64,000 nt of DNA from Eledone cirrhosa (Eukaryota), in assembly GCA_964016885.1 (NCBI GenBank), contig OZ024747.1, forward strand, positions 57,288,001 to 57,352,000. The letters are read 5' to 3'. Below the pieces are notes generated by a model that saw only the letters and a list, made by a program, of their open reading frames with translations, made no database searches and had not been told where the DNA came from. Position 1 is the stretch's first letter. Each line of letters opens with the position of its first letter. The translations under genes were made by a program, and so were the position numbers. This document shows positions 53,221 to 64,000 of the stretch, one piece after another.

Positions 53221-55431
53221 CACTTCACCCAACAATCATTGACTAAAGAAGGAAGTACAAATCATTTCTTTATATATTTACAATTATCTATATTTCTACT
53301 TTGTTATTTTCGAATTTAGGCAGAAAGTGCATCAAACTAGAAAAACACAGCAACCTCTCACAATATAGCACACCCTTTCTATTCTGTATCATTAACAGCA
53401 AGTGAACATTTCTCTTTATCCAACGATCATTGTCCATGTGCATCACAACCAAACCAATGCAGTCTTTTCTCAAGTGCACCACCTCATATTCCTCCTAAAG
53501 CCAGCTTATCCTTCAACTTGTCCAAGCTCTGCCTCTCTCACACTTGCATTTCGCAAAAATCTTCTGATATATACTGACACATTGCTTCACAATCTGGTTC
53601 ATTTAAAACCTCTGATTTCTACATTACAGAACACTGGGAAGTCTTATTTTGTAATTCTATTCTAGTTAGTTGATATTGATCCTTGCCTTCCCATCTCTCT
53701 TATCCTGTCCATCTCTTTTATAGCTGTATTAGTTGTACTAGTTTATCTACCTGCAGGGCCGGGTTTAATGGGGGGCAATTAGCCTGGACCTCTTGCAGTG
53801 GGATGTCCCACCAGTGATGGCCGTAGTCATTTATTTGTGCCCTGAGCTGGGCTTTTTAGTTTTAGGATGGTTAGAATTTTTTAATTTTAAAACTGTATGT
53901 ATAACTTTTCAATTCCAATTACTTGCGTCTAGCTAACTTTGATATGTAAAATTGGGAGTTTGCTGTGTATTCTAATTTTTTGTGAATGAGGGAGGCCTCC
54001 AGAAACCGGATGTTTCTGCCTGACTGTAACCTTATTCCATACACAGTTAGGTTTGTGGTTTGCAGCATGTTGTCTCTTAGAAACTCTCAGTTGTCCTCTA
54101 TGCTATGGGTCTCTATTTCCTTCTCCTCAACATATATGTCAGCTAGTATTTCTTTTAACCTACTTCTGGCCTCCTCCTTATTTTCGTGTCACTAAAGTTG
54201 ATCTCTCTTCATCAGAGGCTTAACTAGGGTATGGCCAACATGGCACGTGCCATGGGCTCCGCATTGGACTAGGAGCATGTTCTATTAAAGTCAAATAAGC
54301 CTTGTCGGAGAGTGAAAAAAGAAACTCCTTTAGATGTATGATCTGTCACTCTGATTATCATGGGTGAGAACACTATGGTGGCTGGATCATTAAACCATTT
54401 ATCTAAATTATTAAGGCCCACAGGTAAAAATACACTGCTGGGCTGGGACACAATTTCACTGCTTGCCTTAGGCACTATTTTCCCTAGTTGTGCCTCTGCT
54501 AACATGTACAGCAGAATAGCCATCATGGTATTGGTCAACATGTTCATTAAGTTAATGAGTTGTTGCAATGAAGTCACTCTCATCTTTTATCATAACCTGT
54601 ATAAGGACCTCATAAGAAGTCTTCTTTTATACATCTGTCAATCCTGACTATGGTGCATATGTTGGTAGATAGGTAGAAGCATAGACAGATAGATAGACAA
54701 ACAGTGAGATGGAGATAGCTAGAGAGACAGTAAGAGAGATGGTGATAGATAGATACACAGGTATGTAGCTATGTATATATATATATATATATTTATTAAA
54801 ACAGCTATATATATATATATTTTATCAAACAGCTATATATATATATATATATTGACTATCTTGTCAACACTGTCGTGTGAGCGACAAATATGAGAAAGAT
54901 ATCAAATTCCTATTTTCTAAACAAATCTAGTACAAAGTGGTTGTGATAGGGCACTTGAGTTTTATTATTTCATATATATATATATATAGACAATTAAATA
55001 TAGGTAACTCTATCTCGTGTTATTATTTTTATCTTTTACGCTCTTTCCTACGTTCTTCTACACACTATACATCTCATTCTACATTCACTTACATCTCTCT
55101 CTTCATCACTGGATCTTGTTACCAGGAGAATTACCTATCTGCATTGTTGAGGCTTCCAAAACGACCTAAAGAAAATATATCTTATATATATATATATTTG
55201 TTTGTTTTGCAAGGTTTTTGATATGAAATCGTGTGTTGAAACTAATATTGTTATACTTGGGGAGGGTCATATTGCCAGAAATAATAACAGAACACACTCA
55301 CTGTTTGGTTGGTTTTCGCTTCTGTATCTTTTATATCTCCATAGTTAATTTATTTGGCAATCAATGTTTATCATAATAAAAATGGCGTGAACATTACAAT
55401 ACAACACAATAGGAGGAAACATGATAACAGT

Positions 55432-55473
55432 ACCACTGATGATGTTGCAGATGTGCAACGAAAGAACTTTGTT
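55432..55473 (+). ncRNA. Hammerhead-like motif (family B) in the loop of fold-back 55245-55361 / 55532-55662
   Basis: ACCA-CTGATGA-T-GTTGCA(GATG)TGCAAC-GAAA-GAAC-TT-TGTT. Confidence 0.65.
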
Positions 55474-55654
55474 AGACTATATATATATATATCTGTATTT
55501 TTAACTGTTGGTCAGTCAATGATAAACATTCATTGCCAAATAAATTAACTGTGGAGATATAAAAGATGCAGAAGCGAAAACCAACCAAACAGTGAGTGTG
55601 TTCTGTTATTATTTCTGGCAATATTATTACAACAATATGACTCTCCCCAAGTAT

Positions 55655-55691
<37 letters not shown>

Positions 55692-56030
55692 CATCATCAT
55701 TTTACGTCTGCTTTTCCCTGCTTGCAAGAGTTGGACGGGTCCTATTCAGCACAGCATCTCTCCACTTGTCACGGTCCTTCGTCATCTCTTCTGTGAGTTT
55801 CAGCGATCTGAGGTCTACTCATATATATGTATGTAGCTTATTTAACTGCATCAATTCATATAGAACAGGCATTTCTTTAAGAGATTTTGTAACTTGGGGA
55901 CATCTTGTTTTTTTTGTTCACTATTATATAGCCCTAGTAGAATTCTCTCTGTATGTATTTGTGTATATGTGTATACATTGAAATATATATATATAGTTCA
56001 TATATGCATGTCTGTGTGTATGTATGTATG

Positions 56031-56082
<52 letters not shown>

Positions 56083-56555
56083 AACACACATACATATATA
56101 AGCACAAAGTTATGTGTGTGTGATGCGTGATTTTTCTTCTGTTGAATCATTCTGTTATTTAGTGGCATATTCCCACTCCTACCCTATCCTGGATGGAAGA
56201 AAATGGACCTTACTCTTTCCTATAAAAGACCTTACTCTCCAGTGAACATTTTTTTTACTGAAAAAAAAAAAGTGGCAGTTATTTTGCTGAAATATTGTGA
56301 TAAGGAAGCCGATGTTTGGTGTAATGTTGTGATAGGTGTGTGGGAAGATGCTATTAAGAGCTGCTAGCTTTATATCCAGGATATAATTAATAGACTGTTT
56401 TATCTTATAGTTATAGTCAAGCTATCATCCGCCTCTTAAGAGACTTTTTTTTCCTTTGCGTGTATGTGTGTATTTGCATATATATATATATGTCTAACCC
56501 ATGCCAGCGTGGAAAAATGGGCGTAATAGGGTGATGATGATGATATATATGTTTG

Positions 56556-56649
<94 letters not shown>

Positions 56650-57676
56650 TATATATGTATGTGGTTTGTATATGTATGTATAAAATGAAAGTGTTCATAG
56701 CTTTAACATATTATAGGTGTGTGGGTGTGCATATATATATATATATATAAAACCTCTCTTCACACTATGAAAGTTACAATGACCTCCCTAGCATTATTGA
56801 CAGAACAAACTGTATTGAGTGCACTTTGTAAGTGGTAGTGCTGGTGCCATTATAAAATTCACCTAATAATACACTCTTCAAAGTGGTTGGCATTAAGAAG
56901 GGCCTTTAGCTCTGGAAGTCATACCAAAATTGTAGATATGAGCAAGACATGCTCTCACTGACCCATTTCGTCTCAGATCTTGACAACCATTTCAATCTAT
57001 TATAGAATGTAAGGCAGGCATAAAATGGTGACGATGATGATATGAAGCATTTTCTTTTCCTTTCATTTGCGATTCTCTCCAGAGTGTACCCACAATTATA
57101 CTCCCTTCCTCTGCTCACACAACATTATATTTAAAATTATATGACCAAAGGGAATTAACTTACCATCGTCATCACCAACACCGTGGATTGGCAGTATTGG
57201 TAGAGGGTCGAATGCCATGCTTTGACCCATAGAGTTACGGCCCTTGCCATTCTGAGTTCAAAATCCCGCCGAGGTTAACTTTGCCTTCCATCCTTACGGG
57301 GTTGATAAAATAAAGTACCAGTAATGAACTGGGATAATTGCTGGCCTTGTGCCAAAAGTAGAAACAATTATTATTATAGAGATGGTGGATTGGCAGTAGT
57401 CGGCAGAGCGTTGGCCAACATACTATGTGGCATAGAGTTATATCCCTTTACACTCTGAGCTCAAATCCCGCTGAGGTTAACTTTGTCTTTCATCCTTACA
57501 GGGTCAATAAAATAAAGCACTAGTAATGTACTGGGGTCAATTTAATCGACTCCCCCCCCCCAATTGTTGGCCTTGTGCCTAAATCAGAAAGCATTGTTAT
57601 TATAGAGACTATTATATAACCCACTGTTTTACATAGAGAATAAGTAATATTTGCTTTCTTCACTAAACTTTAACAA

Positions 57677-58190
57677 AGTTCTACACATGTCACAGTCCTT
57701 TATTACACACACACATATATATATATATATATTGAAAAAAAAGGAAAAGAATGACTTCACTTGTTCTAAATAATTTGATTTAATTTTATAATATTATGAG
57801 TTGGTAGATCTAGATATATATATATAAGCGATAACTTACTTATTTAATCATTAAATCAATGGCAAAATAATATAGAACAGAAACTGCCGAAATCAAATGA
57901 AATTGACAGAGATATTTCCTGATTAATTAATCAATCTCATTTGATTTCGGCGGTTTCTGCTCTATATTATTTCGCCGTTGTTTTAATGATTAAGTAATTA
58001 AGTTGTTGCTTATATATATATATCTAGATCTACCAACTCATAATATAAAATTAAATCAAATTATTTAGAACAAGTGAAGTCATTCTTTTCCTTTTTTTTC
58101 AAATATATATATATATATAAGTGTAACAAAGGACTGTGACATGTGTAGAACTACAAGTGAAGTCATTCTTTTCCTTTTTTTTCAAATATA
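57677..58190. repeat. ~225-bp-arm inverted repeat with a short extra direct duplication
   Basis: 57677-57906 matches the reverse complement of 57931-58152. 58153-58190 repeats 58070-58107. Confidence 0.85.
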
Positions 58191-59620
58191 CCTAACTGTA
58201 CCAAGGATCTCACACATTTCCAATATATATTTATATATATATATATGTACTCTGTAAGTGTATCATCATCATCATCCGTTTGATGTGTAATAGTAATATA
58301 TTGGTGAATGGCAAAGCATAAATGAATTGAGAGAGAAACTGGGCATAAGAGAGATCAGATGCAGTGTGCAGGAGAGGAGACTGCGTTGGTATGGACATGT
58401 GATGTGTATGAAGGATGACAACTGATTAAAAATGCGCAGGGCGCTCAAAGTTGATTGAAGTTATGTAGTAGGAAGACCTCGAAAGAATTGGGATGAGGTT
58501 ATAAAAGCTGGCTTTGAACAATTGCACCTCCTGAAGGCAATCACACACGATCGAGATCTCTGGTGTTATGCAGTAATACAGAAGACCCACCTTCCCATGT
58601 GCACTGGTTGAAGCATACATCTTGTGTGCACTACTATACCTTCTCCCTTCCATACACCTCTCACTTCCTATCGCTCCACCACCACCCTTCACAAGATATG
58701 TGCCCCACTCTAGATCTGCCTCTCAAAACACTGCATCCCTCCTCCACCCCAGACCCCAGTCAACACTGTAAAGTGCTCATGCAGGTGTCATGACAAAAAG
58801 CACCCAGTCCACACTGTTAGGAAAGGTATCCAGCTGTAGAAACCAAGCCAGAAACAGCTCTGTATGAGCAAGACATGGTCATCTGATCTGGCTTGTCTCA
58901 CAACAGGACAACGCATCTAACCCATGTTAACATCGGAAAATGGACGTTAAATGGGGATGATGAGGATAATGATGTTTTAAAGAGAGAGAGAGAGAGAGAG
59001 AGAGAAGTCTATTTTAGAACATTTGCTGCCTCTCCCCTTTCTTTTTGTCTCACATTTGTATTCAGTGAATTTTGAAAGTAAATTTTTGAACATTGTTGTG
59101 TGACAGACGGACAAAAAATCCTATGGAATTATTATTATAGCGATTTATTGTTGCCTTAATTTATTGTGTTGCTTCTTCAAGTGTAGACAGTATATTAAGG
59201 GTGAATAGAGTTAGAGCAGAGGTGGGGTGTTAAGGTTCTTAATGGGTGCAAGTCTTGTCTCTTGGTCTGTCAGTCTGTGGTATTTACAGTTGGCCTCACA
59301 CCTATGTTATTCTAGTGTGTGTGGGTATGTGTGTATGTATGAATATATATGTGTGTGTGTGTACATATATATATACACACGCATACACACACACATATAT
59401 ATATACATTATGTATATATATACACATATATATATATACACATATATATATATATATACACATACATTTATATATATATATATAATATATATATATTTAT
59501 ATATATATGCACACACATATATATACATTATGTATATATATACACACATATATATATATATATACATATATATATACACATACATTTATATATATATATT
59601 TATATATATATACACACACA

Positions 59621-59651
<31 letters not shown>

Positions 59652-60022
59652 GTTTGTCATCCAGTTGTCTTGTTTCATCCAGTTGTTCATATTTAAGAAA
59701 AAAAAAAGAATGATCAACTGCCACCTCCTCCATACCTATCCAGATGGCCCACCAGATGGCAGCAGGAGGTCAGGGCAAGGTTCAATTGATATATCCACTG
59801 TTATTGTCACTACCATGATCACCACTATACAGTGTGAACTGCTCTTATAGTCACACTAACTGGCTGTCTCTTCATATAGTTCACTGTGGACAGATGATAG
59901 ATTAGGGGTGTTTTGAGGACATTGAGAGTGGGAGTTTGTGTGTAGTGTGTGGGAGGCTTTTGTGTGTATGGTGTGTGTATGGTGTGAAAGGTTATATATA
60001 TATATATATTAATCAAAATATA

Positions 60023-60085
60023 TACTTTATTATACATATTTCAAAAGTACTATGGTGTTTAAGTACGCTTTCATCAGACAAAATA
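60023..60085 (-). ncRNA. Type I hammerhead motif (family C)
   Basis: Minus strand TATTTTGT-CTGATGA-AAGCGTACT(TAAACACCAT)AGTACTTTT-GAAA-TATGTA-TA-ATAAAGTA. GGTATGTC lies upstream; (TA)n flanks. Confidence 0.75.
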
Positions 60086-60848
60086 TAAGATTAGATATGT
60101 GACATACCGCTACGGTTTTGATTATTCAATTCCAGTATTCGTTGGTTAATCAACGAACCATATTAATCTTTCGTTATATATATAAATCATCATCATCATC
60201 ATAGTTTAACGTCCATCTTCCACGCTAGCATGGGTTTGGACGGGAATTTTCCCACTTGAGGCAAGATTGGTTGTCTTGCTCGTATAGGACTGTCTGGCGG
60301 GTTTTCTACGGCTGGATGCCCTTCCTAACACCAACCACGTTTACAGTGTGGACTGGGAGGTTTTTTACCGTGTTACCTACGCGGCCACATTACAGCGTGG
60401 ACTGTGTGTTTTTTTTGTCGTGACACCTACACGACCTCATTTATTTAGGACTGGATGTTGTGGTACCAACATAACTTTACATCGAAAGGGGTGGTGTGGA
60501 TGGGACGGGGGGTGTATTTTTGTTAAAAGTTGCCTACTGACTGTAGGTTTCGCTTTGTACTTAGGCAAGGCGAGTCTTCTGTATCACTGCGTAGCGCCAA
60601 AGATCTCGGTCCAGTGACATTGTCTTGGAGAGGTGTGTGTGAGGTTGGAATATATATATATATATATTCCTCCAAGTGTGAATCTAATATAACTATTTTT
60701 GCATTCCTGTGTTTGTTTTGTTTCTTTTATTAACTATATCATCATCATCATCATCATCATCAACGTTTAACGTCCGTGTTCCACGCTTGCATGGGTTTGG
60801 ACGGGGGTAGTCCCACTTGAGGCAAGAGTGATTGTCTTGCTCGCATAG

Positions 60849-60897
<49 letters not shown>

Positions 60898-61419
60898 CGT
60901 GTGTATATCTATCCATCACTCATAAACCTGTTTTGTTTTCAGTTGTTTACAATGATTTCTTAGTGTGGATCAACACCACGCCTCCACTACATACCTCTTC
61001 ACCACTCAGCAACAGCACCCCACCACCATGTAAGACTTCACCACAACACTTTGTCATCACTCCACAACATCTTACTGGCACTCAACAAGATGGTGAAGGG
61101 GGAAACTAAAAAAAGGAGCTTCTACATGATTACTAGGCTTGTTAGAAATAGCAGCTAACTCTCCCTCAAATCATACCCAGTGAATTATTTTCAAAATTAA
61201 TTGAACCACATAGTGCATTTTATTAGAAATATGGTTGTTGTTGGCCCTGTATTGTTTCCAGTGATGAGTGCTCTTGTTGATTTAATCAACAGAAAAGCCT
61301 GCTTATGAAATTAATGTGCAAGAAGCTGAGAATTTCAGTTTTAAGCACCCATAACCAGGGACAATAATCATGACACAGTCGGTGACATGGCTAGCCCCTA
61401 GAATTGTAGGTACAACACC

Positions 61420-61535
61420 ACACCATAAATTAAAGTGTTTTGCTCAAGGACACAATGAGCTGTTTGGTCTGTGAATTGAACTCATAACCTTACAGTTGTG
61501 AGCCTAGCACCATAACCACTCGGCCACACTCCTTC
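61420..61535 (-). mobile_element. tRNA-derived SINE head (same family as 2296)
   Basis: Reverse complement reads GGAGTGTGGCCGAGTGGTTATGG...GAGTTCAATTC...GTGTCCTTGAGCAAAACACTTTA. Confidence 0.7.
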
Positions 61536-61640
61536 ATAGAAATATGGTTAATATCCTAGTTTGTCTTCATTTCAGATTTTCAGGTTGAGCCTAGTTCCAT
61601 TTGTACTAAGGCAATATTTCCACCGTTGATACCAGTGACC

Positions 61641-61784
61641 ATGCCCACTGCCAAGATGTTAGCAGACTCTACCCAAAGTGATGCAGCTCTGGAGAGGAGA
61701 AAGAGGAAGGAACATTATGATAGACATAAGAAATCATACAAGAAAGACGACAAAACTCACCATCGTAGTAAACAGAAAACTAAG
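61641..61784 (+). CDS. CAAP1: Caspase activity and apoptosis inhibitor 1-like, first coding exon (48 codons, phase 0)
   Basis: Upstream acceptors (ttcag 61575 / cag 61583), GACCATGC start, basic MPTAKM...RRKRKEHYDRHKK..KTK, and an AAG|GTAACA donor in phase with the next exon. Confidence 0.7.
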
Positions 61785-61837
61785 GTAACATCACATCATC
61801 ATTTCACCTCCACTTTTGGTGCTGGCATGAGTTGGAC

Positions 61838-62150
61838 ATTACAGTCCGAGACTTGACTGGTCTGAGACTAGACTGGTCAGTACAGTCCAAGACTGGACTA
61901 GTCATTACAGTCCAAGACTTAAATGGTCATTACAGTCCAAGACTAGACTAGTCATTACAGTCCGAGACTTGAGTGGTCTGAGACTTGACTGGTCATTACA
62001 GTCCAAGACTTGACTGAGACTAGACTGGTCAGTACAGTCCTAGACTTGACTGGTCACTACAGTCCGAGACTTGACTGGTCTGAGACTAGATTGGTGATTA
62101 CAATCTTAGACTTGAGTGTTCATTAGGTCCAAGACTAGACTGGTCAAGGA
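61838..62150. repeat. Intronic minisatellite (TTACAGTCCAAGACTAGACTGGTCA-like, ~16/26-bp subunits)
   Basis: Direct reading. Confidence 0.85.
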
Positions 62151-62882
62151 ACTACATTTTTACTCTTATATTTCATATTTGACTTGGTTTCTATGGTTTG
62201 ATGTTGTTCCTAATGCCAACCACTTTACAGAGTGTACTGGGTGATTTTATTTTATCATGACACCAGCTCTAGTACTTTAAAAAGTGTACTGGGTGCATTT
62301 TATCGTGACATCAGTACTATCACTTTACAGAGTGTACTGGGTGCACTATATCAGGACACCAGCACTAGGGTGATTGTTATGTCATTGAATGACTGTATTG
62401 TCCTCTCAACCTTTTGTATAGTATGAATTCTACAGTTGGATGTCTAACACTTAGCACTTTACAGAGTGTACTAGGCTTATTTTGCTGTGGCATCAGCAGT
62501 AGAGATGTTGTCATGTCCTTGACATAACTGTAAAGTCCTTCTAAGTCTTTGTGTTACATAACTTCTACAGCTGGACATCCTTTTTAATACTGACTACTTT
62601 ACAGAGTAAAACGTTAACCCATTAGCATTTAAACCAGCTGAATCCGGCCAGAATTCTCTCACCTCTCTCTCTGTTTAAACCGGCCATAACCGGCCACTCA
62701 TACTTATGCTAAGGTATTGTTCTCAAAATAAATAAAATCAAAATTTCATAGATTCTATATTATGTGAGGTAAAGCCTTTACTGCAAAAATGCAATAGAAA
62801 ATATAGAGTAATGTAAATGCTAAAAGGTAAATGTGTTGGTAGTCTACATTTTCCTCACTCTCTCTCTTTCTCTGTCTTCCAG

Positions 62883-63113
62883 AGTAGATCTGATAGCAGT
62901 CACAGAAGAAGTAAGAAACGGCATAGAAGTAGCACGTCTGAAAAAACTACAGAAACCAAGGAAGAATCTTCTGCTGATGACAGTGACCTTGATCTCAACA
63001 AGACTCTACAGCCTATTAGTTTCTATATCAACCAAAGAGCTGAAATGTTGGAGCAGATGTTTCATTGCATTCAAGGGGCCACTTTAAAGAAAGCTCTCCC
63101 AGATATACTACAG
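62883..63113 (+). CDS. CAAP1: Caspase activity and apoptosis inhibitor 1-like, second coding exon (77 codons, phase 0/0)
   Basis: Strong pyrimidine tract with CAG acceptor and a CAG|GTAAAC donor. DLDLNKTLQPISFYINQRAEMLEQMFHCIQGATLKKALPDILQ matches my recollection of the CAAP1 domain (LKPVSFYI.D..EML.QCF..I....L.KMLPD.L). Confidence 0.85.
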
Positions 63114-64000
63114 GTAAACTACTGCTTCTCCTTAGACATTACTCTATTACTTTATTACGTGTTCCAGCCAACAGGCTGAGGCCATGCTGGGGCACCGCCA
63201 TTGAACAATCAGTGTTCCCATGCTGGGAATTGAACCTGGGCTGCCTTAACTAAAAACCTTCCATCATAATTTTATGTGAGAACCTTTGTTTAAACGAGTT
63301 TTGTCCTAAAAAATAAGGGCATTGATGTTTTATTTAAATGTATATTAAACATACAGGAAATTAGAAGTTGTCAAAATATGACCCTTGGAAAATCACACAG
63401 TGGTTCCAACATTTTTTCCATTGATAGTAGCAGTACTGGAAGTCATTTTCTGTGAGTGTCCTTAGCTTGTCGATTACAATTTTTTGTATGTTTTCCACAG
63501 TCGTAAAATGGTGACCCTTCAACTTCTATTTAAACTTAGGAAAGAGGTAGAAATCACATACAGCTAGATCTAGGGAGTAGGGAGGATGTAGAAGAGTGGG
63601 AATGTTTTTCATCACTAGAAATTCTCTAATTGAAAGTGCTGTGTAAGTAGGCACATCGTAGTGCAGTATTCAATCTCCTGCAATGTATTTTCGAACTCAT
63701 TCCTAGACATCTTTTGTAGAAGATACAATTAACTGTCTCTCCTGGAGGTAAACATTCTTTGGGAACAATAAATATCACAGCTTTTGAAAAAAAAGATTTT
63801 TCATATGTTACTCTTCACTTTACTATTCTGTCTCTGGATCATACTTGAACACTCATGATTCATCTCCTGTTACTTTATTCAAGAAATTTGGCTCAATTTC
63901 GAGTTTTTCTAACAAATCCTAACAAATTTCCAACCGGTTCACCTTTTGCTCCACACACATCTGTCTGGACACTAGTTTTGCACAAAGTTTGCACCTGTGC

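Overview
AT-rich animal genomic DNA with very dense microsatellites. The mix of RTE, CR1 and Tx1 LINE fragments, tRNA-derived SINEs and (TA)n/(CA)n/(TAG)n tracts suggests a coleoid cephalopod such as octopus (inference). Most ORFs in the track are microsatellite artefacts. The only host gene I can recognise is CAAP1, with two coding exons at the right end (61641-61784 and 62883-63113, +). A possible unidentified spliced gene lies on the minus strand between about 10.8 and 37.5 kb. The most striking signal is about 17 type-I hammerhead-ribozyme-like motifs (CTGANGA-stem II-GAAA-short, often palindromic stem III-UH) from at least 5-6 distinct short non-coding families. Most sit next to (TA)n tracts and many lie in tail-to-tail fold-back duplications, the architecture expected of non-autonomous Penelope-like elements or retrozymes. 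The motifs show compensatory stem II changes, a U3-A8 core variant, and a stem III that is itself (AT)4. Other contents include a TTAA-flanked piggyBac-type MITE family, a hAT-type MITE, an internally deleted Gypsy relic with short LTRs, a head-to-tail SINE array and several minisatellites, one of them a perfect 16 x 38-bp array enclosed by inverted repeats. All calls were made by eye; no searches or folding programs were run.
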